NCBI GenBank assembly: GCA_039804105.1
Contig: JBDRZU010000001.1
Coordinates: 896,001-960,000, forward strand
From: a candidate division WOR-3 bacterium
GTDB taxonomy: Bacteria; Hydrothermota; 32-111
DNA: 64,000 nucleotides
Direction: 5' to 3'
This document shows positions 57,229-64,000 of the stretch, piece after piece. Position 1 is the stretch's first letter; the number at the start of each line of letters is the position of its first letter. The position numbers and the translations under genes are program-made. The notes under the pieces were generated by a model. The model was not told the origin of the DNA. It ran no database searches and worked only from the letters and a program-made list of their open reading frames with translations.

Positions 57229-57618
57229 TTAATGATGGCTTTCCTCACAATGTTTTTCGTATTCTTTACTTCCCATTAGATTGTTCAACTCATCAAGATT
57301 TTCTGGTTTTATTTTCACGATCCATCCTTCTCCATAGGGATCCTCATTTATTTTGTTTGGAGAATCATTTAAATTTTTATTGACATCAATTATTTCACCG
57401 GAAACACCAGCGATAAGATCTGAAACAGCTTTTACCGCTTCTATCGTACCAATAACATCTCCCGCTTTGACCTTTCTTCCAACTTCAGGAAGTTCGACAA
57501 AAGCGATATCTGAAAGTTCTGATTGTGCAAAATCTGTTATTCCTTCAACACATATTCCATTTTCAACTCTGATCCATTCGTGAGTTTTCGTATATTTGAG
57601 ATCATCAAGAAGTTTCAT
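57229..57618 (-). CDS. gcvH: glycine cleavage system H protein
   Basis: Motifs THEW, GITDFAQ, lipoyl site EAVKAVSD, NEDPYGEGW. Confidence 0.96.
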   Translation of the reverse strand: MKLLDDLKYTKTHEWIRVENGICVEGITDFAQSELSDIAFVELPEVGRKVKAGDVIGTIEAVKAVSDLIAGVSGEIIDVNKNLNDSPNKINEDPYGEGWIVKIKPENLDELNNLMGSKEYEKHCEESHH

Positions 57619-57626
57619 ATATCCTC

Positions 57627-58715
57627 CTATTTGTGTGTTCCATTCTTATAAAATGGTGGTTTGACTATAAGTGCTTTTTTCATTCCTCTTATGTCTATCT
57701 CGATTTCCTGTCCTATCTTTGTAAATGGAAGGTTAACATACCCAAGACCAATATACTTATCTATCGATGGAGAATAGTTTCCACTTGTTACAAAACCAAC
57801 TTCTTTACCATCAACAAAAATCTTGTAATTATGTCTTGGGATACCTTTATCTATCATTTCAAAACAGACAAGTTTTCTTTTTAAGCCATCCTCTTTCTGT
57901 TTTATCAAAGCATCTCTTCCAATAAAATTCCCCTTTTCAAGTTTTACACACCAACCAATTCCAGCCTCGAGTGGAGTTGTATTCTGATCAATGTCATTAC
58001 CATAAAGCATATACCTCATCTCCAATCTTAAAGTGTCCCTTGCTGCAAGCCCTATAGGTTCTATTCCAAACTCTTTACCTGCTTTGAAAATTTCGTTCCA
58101 CATTTTTTCAGCGTTCTCTTTGTAAAAGTAAAGTTCAAATCCATCCTCACCAGTGTAACCTGTTCTGGAAATAACCATGTCTATACCACAGACTTTTGTT
58201 TCAGCAGAATAATAAAATCCCATCTTTTCGAGTGGATAATCTGTAAGTTTCTGGATAACCTTTTCAGCAACAGGACCCTGAACTGCAAGTTGTGCTATTC
58301 TCTCCGAAATGTTTTCAACTTCAACATCATCCCATTTGTTCTTCATGATCCATTCATAATCTTTATCCGTATTCGATGCGTTCACAACAAGCATGATTTC
58401 TTTTTTTAAATTGTAAACAAGAAGATCATCAACTATTCCACCATTCTCATAAAGCATATTAGAATACTGGACCTGATTCTCTTCTAAAGACATAACTGAA
58501 TTTGTTGTTATATAATCTACAAATTCTTTTCTTCTGTCTCCTCTTACAATTATCTCTCCCATATGTGACACATCAAAAACTCCAACTGTCGTCCTAACTT
58601 TTTTGATCTCTTCAATAACTCCTTTAAACTGTACAGGCATTTCATATCCTGCAAAAGGAACAATTTTTCCATTGTTTTTTACATGAAAATTATAAAAAGG
58701 TGTTCGCTTTAACAA
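57627..58715 (-). CDS. gcvT: aminomethyltransferase
   Basis: Motifs [39 protein letters not shown]. Likely TTG start at 58715 behind GGAGG. Confidence 0.96.
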   Translation of the reverse strand: MLKRTPFYNFHVKNNGKIVPFAGYEMPVQFKGVIEEIKKVRTTVGVFDVSHMGEIIVRGDRRKEFVDYITTNSVMSLEENQVQYSNMLYENGGIVDDLLVYNLKKEIMLVVNASNTDKDYEWIMKNKWDDVEVENISERIAQLAVQGPVAEKVIQKLTDYPLEKMGFYYSAETKVCGIDMVISRTGYTGEDGFELYFYKENAEKMWNEIFKAGKEFGIEPIGLAARDTLRLEMRYMLYGNDIDQNTTPLEAGIGWCVKLEKGNFIGRDALIKQKEDGLKRKLVCFEMIDKGIPRHNYKIFVDGKEVGFVTSGNYSPSIDKYIGLGYVNLPFTKIGQEIEIDIRGMKKALIVKPPFYKNGTHK

Positions 58716-58828
58716 TTTTACCTCCATTGAAAAAATTGAATTTTATTATACAACTTTATTCAAATTATTCAAGGGATAGTAGTTGAAAATTTTTCTGAAA
58801 TTTTTAAAATATAAAAAAGGAGTTTTTA

Positions 58829-60070
58829 ATGAAATTTTTACTTTTAACAATAATCATCCTTAAAAACATTTTCGTTTTGTTTCTTAACATCAAAGAAAAA
58901 ATGTATATACAAAAACATTCAAAAAATATACCTGACCAATTTAAAGATGTTCTCGATGAGAGTAAATTTTCAATCTCAAACAGTTATAATATCGAAAAAT
59001 TAAATTTTTCAAACATTTCTTTGATCTTTTCTCAAACAGTACTATTGATCTTTATTTTCTCACCCCTTCTAAACATTTTTTCGAGTTATTTCGATAATCT
59101 CAACACAAAATATATATTAAAATCATTATCTTTCTTTACTTTTTTAATAATAATATCCCCACTTTTCAATCTACCTTTTGATTTTTACTTTCATTTTAAA
59201 ATCGAAAAAAAATATGGTTTTTTAAAATATAAAATTTTCGGTTGGATAAAGGATAAATTGAAAGAGTTATTGATCAATCTTATTCTTACAAACATTTTTG
59301 TTTTAGTCCTCATAGGAATAGTAGGAAAAAATTTTTATTTTTCTCCTCTAAAAATTTTAAGTGTTACAATTATTTTTGTGTTTCTTTTAGTTTTATTCAC
59401 TTTTATTGTCCCGATCGTTTTGATACCATTTATGTATAAAACTGAAAAACTCAAAGATGAAACACTTATGTCAAAAATCAAAGAACTGATAGAAAGATCA
59501 GGTTACACCTTTGATGGTGTTTATGTAATAAAGGAGAGTGAAAAATCAGCTCATTCGAATGCAATGTTTACAGGTATTGGAATTAAAAAAAGAGTCATTC
59601 TTTTCGACAATCTACTTTCAAAATTTTCTGAAGATGAGATTTTAGGAGTCGTTGCTCATGAAATCGGACATGGGAAACTTGCTCATATACAAAAATTTTT
59701 GATCTTGAACATATTTGTGATTTTCCTTTTCATCGTAGCATCTTTTTCAATACTATCAAACGATTACATATACAACCTTTTTGGTATTCCCACAAACTCA
59801 TTTACAGGGATTTTTATTTTATCGATCCTAACTTCTGAATTGATTCTATATTTTTTTAATCCTTTGTTGAACTCTATTTCAAGAAGGTTTGAATTTGAAG
59901 CAGATAATTTTTCCAAAAATCTGATGCAGGACAATATTCCGCTCACCAAAGCATTGAAAAAACTCGCCTATGAAGAACTCTCCAATATCAATGTCGATCC
60001 TTTTTATGAATTCTTCTATTATTCACATCCAACTCTTGAAAAGAGAATATTGAATTTACAAAAAGATTAA
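58829..60070 (+). CDS. M48 family (Ste24-like) membrane metallopeptidase
   Basis: Motifs NAMFTG, AHEIGH, SRRFEFEAD, YSHP; TM helices. Confidence 0.92.
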   Translation: MKFLLLTIIILKNIFVLFLNIKEKMYIQKHSKNIPDQFKDVLDESKFSISNSYNIEKLNFSNISLIFSQTVLLIFIFSPLLNIFSSYFDNLNTKYILKSLSFFTFLIIISPLFNLPFDFYFHFKIEKKYGFLKYKIFGWIKDKLKELLINLILTNIFVLVLIGIVGKNFYFSPLKILSVTIIFVFLLVLFTFIVPIVLIPFMYKTEKLKDETLMSKIKELIERSGYTFDGVYVIKESEKSAHSNAMFTGIGIKKRVILFDNLLSKFSEDEILGVVAHEIGHGKLAHIQKFLILNIFVIFLFIVASFSILSNDYIYNLFGIPTNSFTGIFILSILTSELILYFFNPLLNSISRRFEFEADNFSKNLMQDNIPLTKALKKLAYEELSNINVDPFYEFFYYSHPTLEKRILNLQKD

Positions 60071-60930
60071 GGACCGACATGTATCATTGGAACATCGTTA
60101 CTGTAATCTTCAAATTTTAAACTGTTCTCCCTCTCAAGTTGAAGAATCGAATAATGTATCATCTCCATTGATGAAAAGAATTTTAGCATTTTGGATGTTT
60201 TTTGATCATCAGCAAAAACTCTTGAAAGTTCCTGATAAAAGTTATGTGCAGCGAGTTCACTTTCCATCGCTTCATAGAGTATATCGCTCAAAGGTTTGTT
60301 TGGAGTTGAAATGTCAACTTTTGGAAGGGGAATTATATCTTCAACAGGTAAAACTATCTCTTTTAGATAAGTTTTTTTATAAAATTCTTCAAAATATTTT
60401 TTATGTTTTTCTTCTTCATTTGCAAGGAATTTTAATCTTTCTTTCAAAAATGCATTTTTTATCCTTTCAGAAAGTTGATTGTATAAAATCATTGAGTCTA
60501 TTTCATTTTTTAATGCGAAAAGGATTAGATCTTCTCTTTTTATCTCATCTAAATTCATCCTTCTCCATAGACCATGTATATTACAGTATGCTCTAACACT
60601 TTTTATTTTATAACTCTTTGATAATGTATAAATTGGTTTTTCATTGATATTGAAAAATTTCTTTATACTTTCTTTATCGGTATTTATTTCGATCCATTCG
60701 ATATGATGTTCTTTTGTCATCGGATGTTCAACTTCACCAACAGATATTTCAAAAAAACCATTTTTTTCTTTTATTAATGGCAAATGTTTTTCCATACCTT
60801 CATCTTTATTTTTCACTTCCTCTTTAAACATAACTTTTCCACAACAAATTATTTCTCCATCTCCTTCTCTTAAAACCTCAACAATATTGTTACACACGGA
60901 ACATCTCAAGATATCTTTTTTTATATTCAT
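60067..60930 (-). CDS. desulfoferrodoxin (superoxide reductase) fused to a ferritin/rubrerythrin-like domain
   Basis: C..C..IVEV....ICCG, EKHLP, HPM..EHHIEWI, CNIHGLW; then di-iron E..EEKH / E..EMIH and terminal MIHVGP. Confidence 0.88.
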   Translation of the reverse strand: MNIKKDILRCSVCNNIVEVLREGDGEIICCGKVMFKEEVKNKDEGMEKHLPLIKEKNGFFEISVGEVEHPMTKEHHIEWIEINTDKESIKKFFNINEKPIYTLSKSYKIKSVRAYCNIHGLWRRMNLDEIKREDLILFALKNEIDSMILYNQLSERIKNAFLKERLKFLANEEEKHKKYFEEFYKKTYLKEIVLPVEDIIPLPKVDISTPNKPLSDILYEAMESELAAHNFYQELSRVFADDQKTSKMLKFFSSMEMIHYSILQLERENSLKFEDYSNDVPMIHVGP

Positions 60931-60951
60931 CTCTCCTCCTCTTTTTGATCA

Positions 60952-60980
60952 ATTATAATTCAAAATGGAACCGATATCAA
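60952..60980 (-). promoter_or_regulatory. promoter of the SOR-ferritin gene
   Basis: TTGATA-17nt-TATAAT, then GAGGAGG. Confidence 0.6.
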
Positions 60981-61039
60981 GGTTGGGATTGTATTTTTTA
61001 AAAAGTTAACTATATTAAAAAAAATGTAAAGGAGTAAAA

Positions 61040-61831
61040 ATGGAAGAAAAAAAGAAAAATCAATTCAATAAAATCAAACACAAAATTTTGATTTTAAGTG
61101 GAAAAGGTGGTGTCGGAAAAAGTACTGTATCGGTTAACATATCATCGACTCTCAAAAGTTTGGGATATAGAGTCGGACTTCTTGACATCGATTTGCATGG
61201 TCCTTCAATTTCAAAAATGGTTGGAGTTGAAAATAGTAGAATTGAAATCGATGATAATAACCTTATGAAACCTGCGGTCACAAAAGGTGGAATAAAAACT
61301 TTATCTTTATCAATGCTTGTTGAGAAATCTGATTCTCCGATAATCTGGAGAGGACCTTTAAAAATCAAAGCGATTCAACAATTCTTTGATGACGTAAATT
61401 GGGGAGAACTTGATTTTTTGATAATCGATTCTCCTCCTGGAACTGGTGATGAACCTTTAACTATTCTGCAACAGATCGAAGGGGTGACAGGAGTTGTTAT
61501 AGTAACAACACCACAGGAAGTTTCGACATCCGATGTTGCAAGATCTATAAACTTTGTAAAGATGGTTGGTGGAGAAATTCTTGGGTTAATCGAAAATATG
61601 TCATATTTTGTCTGTCCGGTATGTAAAACCGAACACAAAATATTTGGTGAAGGAGGGGGTGAAAGATTAGCAAAACGGTACAACATAGAAAATTTTGTGA
61701 AGATCCCTTTAGATAAAGAACTTGTTAAACTTTCCGATACCGGTAAACCTTATGTTGAAATATATCCCAATTCGGAGATTTATAAAATTTTTGAAAATTT
61801 CATAAAAAAAATGATCGTAAAAATCGAATGA
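61040..61831 (+). CDS. Mrp/NBP35 (ApbC) Fe-S carrier ATPase
   Basis: Motifs SGKGGVGKST, DIDLHGPS, IWRGP, DSPPGTGDE, ENMSYFVCPVC. Confidence 0.95.
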   Translation: MEEKKKNQFNKIKHKILILSGKGGVGKSTVSVNISSTLKSLGYRVGLLDIDLHGPSISKMVGVENSRIEIDDNNLMKPAVTKGGIKTLSLSMLVEKSDSPIIWRGPLKIKAIQQFFDDVNWGELDFLIIDSPPGTGDEPLTILQQIEGVTGVVIVTTPQEVSTSDVARSINFVKMVGGEILGLIENMSYFVCPVCKTEHKIFGEGGGERLAKRYNIENFVKIPLDKELVKLSDTGKPYVEIYPNSEIYKIFENFIKKMIVKIE

Positions 61832-61837
61832 TTTTTG

Positions 61838-61866
61838 TTGACTTTAAGTTTCTTATTCAATATATT
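61838..61866 (+). promoter_or_regulatory. promoter of the OmpA-domain gene
   Basis: TTGACT-17nt-TATATT, then AAGGAGG. Confidence 0.6.
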
Positions 61867-61885
61867 TTTATTTGAAGGAGGATTT

Positions 61886-63775
61886 ATGAATTTAAAAAAA
61901 TCTATTTTTATTTTTTTATTCGTTATTATAACAACATTTTCAATTTTTTCAGCACCATCGATGCAATTGAACTCAGGTTACATTCATTCTCTTGATGCTA
62001 TACTAAAAGAACAGAGGTTGAACCTTGGTTTCCATTTTTATGGATCATCGAGAGATTTTCAAATACCATATATATCCACTATCGATGGAGACACACATTA
62101 TAGTTGGGATACTTACGCTTTTGCAACGGTCGCATACGGTATAGGCTATTCTTTTACGAACTGGCTTGAGGTAAACATTTATTCAACAGCACATCTTGAT
62201 GCTATCGATACACCTGAAGCAGCAGGAAGAATTGATGAAAACACAAATTATGCAAGTTACGGCTTTGGAGATACTGAAGTCGGTTTGAAGTTAACAACAG
62301 GTGGTATCTTTGGAGCAACAAAAAATGCTGACTTTGGCATATATGGTTTTTATAGGTTATCAACAGGTGATATTTATGATACATTAAAAGATAATTCATC
62401 ATCGTTTTCCATAGATTATATAAAAAATCATGGTGGAATTTTCAGACATTTTACAACGAATAGTCAGGATTTTGGAGTAAAACTATTGATCTCTTTTGTC
62501 ACTTCAACACAGGTTCCATTAGCCATAAATCTCAACGGTGGATATACAAAGTTTAACGATCTTCCTGCATCTATCTCAAATCCTGTAATGTTTGATTATT
62601 CAGGATCTTTTTCTGTCAAATTTGGATCATTCATACCATTTTTTGAAATATATGGTAATAAATATATGTTCAACAACATAAATGATGGCCGCCTTGTTCA
62701 CAATCTCACCGGTGGTGTGAGATTCGATACACCTATAGGTCTTGTGATAGATCTTGGAGCAGATTACAGAATATCTAAATTTGTCCCAGATTTAAAGCCA
62801 ACACTGAATAATACTACCGATGTTTTATATATAAATGATGGATGGGAAGGAACACCTGATTGGAAAGTGTTTTTCGGTTTAACATATTACTATGATTTCA
62901 AAAAAGAGGAAATAAAAAAAGAAGAACCCAAAACACTTATAACTGGAAAAATAATAGATGGTGAGAGTGGAAAACCTCTGTCGGCGATCATAACCTTACC
63001 CGGATATTCAGAAACATTACAGATAGTTACAGATTCAACCGGTATATATTCTGTTGAAGTAAAACCAGGCAGTATAAGAATAAAGGTTGAAAGAGAAGGA
63101 TACAAATGGCAGGAAAAGGGAATAATTATTGAAAAAGGACAAACAAAGATAGTGGATTTTGCTTTGAACAAAAAGGTTGTTGCACAGGGAATTATAACTG
63201 GAACTGTTAAAGACAAATCAACAGGAGAAAATATTAAAGCAACATTATCATTCCCGCAGACCGATATTCCATCCTTTACACCTGATCCACAGACAGGTGT
63301 TTACAGGATCAGTTTGAATCCAGGAACTTACACCCTTGCTGCAACACTCGATGGATATGTAACCTATGTCCAACCTATTGTCATAGAAGCTGATAAAACT
63401 CTGGTATTAAATATAGAGATGCTCAAAAAAGGTGGGAAGATAACTTTAAGAGGAATAAACTTTGAATCTGGAAAAGCAACTATTCTTCCTGAATCATATC
63501 CTATACTTGATGAAGCCGTTAAACTTCTCAACGACAATCCAAAGGTCAGAATAGAAGTTCAGGGACATACAGATTCTGTTGGGAGTGATAGTGCAAACCT
63601 TGTCCTATCACAGGCAAGAGCTGAAGCTGTTAGAAATTATTTGATCATGAAAGGTATAGATCCTGCAAGAATAGTCGCAAAAGGTTTTGGAGAACTTATG
63701 CCTATCGCAGATAATGCAACAAAAGAAGGAAGGGCAAAAAATAGAAGAATCGAATTTTTGATACTTGGAGAATGA
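61886..63775 (+). CDS. OmpA-family protein: N-terminal barrel-like region, two carboxypeptidase-regulatory-like domains, OmpA C-terminal domain
   Basis: ITGKIID..TDSTG.Y and ITGTVKD repeats; INFESGK, GHTDSVG, LSQARAEAV, NRRIEF. Confidence 0.88.
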   Translation: MNLKKSIFIFLFVIITTFSIFSAPSMQLNSGYIHSLDAILKEQRLNLGFHFYGSSRDFQIPYISTIDGDTHYSWDTYAFATVAYGIGYSFTNWLEVNIYSTAHLDAIDTPEAAGRIDENTNYASYGFGDTEVGLKLTTGGIFGATKNADFGIYGFYRLSTGDIYDTLKDNSSSFSIDYIKNHGGIFRHFTTNSQDFGVKLLISFVTSTQVPLAINLNGGYTKFNDLPASISNPVMFDYSGSFSVKFGSFIPFFEIYGNKYMFNNINDGRLVHNLTGGVRFDTPIGLVIDLGADYRISKFVPDLKPTLNNTTDVLYINDGWEGTPDWKVFFGLTYYYDFKKEEIKKEEPKTLITGKIIDGESGKPLSAIITLPGYSETLQIVTDSTGIYSVEVKPGSIRIKVEREGYKWQEKGIIIEKGQTKIVDFALNKKVVAQGIITGTVKDKSTGENIKATLSFPQTDIPSFTPDPQTGVYRISLNPGTYTLAATLDGYVTYVQPIVIEADKTLVLNIEMLKKGGKITLRGINFESGKATILPESYPILDEAVKLLNDNPKVRIEVQGHTDSVGSDSANLVLSQARAEAVRNYLIMKGIDPARIVAKGFGELMPIADNATKEGRAKNRRIEFLILGE

Positions 63776-63793
63776 CAATACTTTTAATATGTA

Positions 63794-64000
63794 TTAAAGG
63801 TAATCTTTGAAATTTTTGATCATCTTTTTCATATTCTTATGCTGAACAAGTAGTTGCTTAACCATAGCAACACTTGTTCCGCTTCCTTTTGCGATCCTTT
63901 TAATTCTGCTTTTATTGTTTAAAAGTTCTGGATTTTTTCTTTCCTCTTTTGTCATTGAGTTTATTATTGCTTCGACTTTTTTTATATTTTCTTCTTCCAT
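63794..64000 (-). CDS. ffh: signal recognition particle protein, C-terminal M domain (partial)
   Basis: Motif [13 protein letters not shown]......[11 protein letters not shown]. Confidence 0.9.
   Translation of the reverse strand: MEEENIKKVEAIINSMTKEERKNPELLNNKSRIKRIAKGSGTSVAMVKQLLVQHKNMKKMIKNFKDYL

Noticed and set aside
60945..60965. PerR/Fur box upstream of SOR
   Set aside because: AATTATAATT is only a short AT palindrome coinciding with the -10 box in an AT-rich genome.

Overview
AT-rich chromosomal window, mostly on the - strand, from an anaerobic diderm. It looks like an FCB-group organism outside the Bacteroidia. This is an inference (WOR-3/TA06-like) from T9SS-type C-terminal domains and a PorV-family barrel combined with strong AGGAGG Shine-Dalgarno sites and sigma70-type promoters. 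The surface and secretion genes include a ~3135-aa T9SS-sorted protein of 32 tandem Ig-like repeats, a gingipain-like C25 protease and four tandem lipoproteins. A large surface locus runs T9SS cargo - TonB-dependent receptor - 1031-aa CTD protein - PorV - clostripain - 3 glycosyltransferases - TMTC-like GT-C. Other genes are a TPP-riboswitch thi4-thiE-thiC operon, a TetR-TolC-MFP-RND efflux operon, a Zn-ribbon protein with 129-bp repeats, HU-bS22-tRNA-Arg, tRNA-Thr, a gcvT-H-PA/B12-mutase accessory/acyl-CoA cluster, a SOR-ferritin fusion, Mrp, an OmpA-domain protein and the 3' end of ffh. The best leads are: (1) the TBDR + CTD protein + dedicated PorV triad, a possible SusCD-analogous uptake system with an adjacent O-mannosylation module; (2) a bS22 gene missed by the ORF track, whose stop codon overlaps nucleotide 1 of tRNA-Arg; (3) an apparent ACG start codon for thiE. 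No mobile elements or CRISPR arrays were seen. All family calls come from motif recognition, not from database searches.
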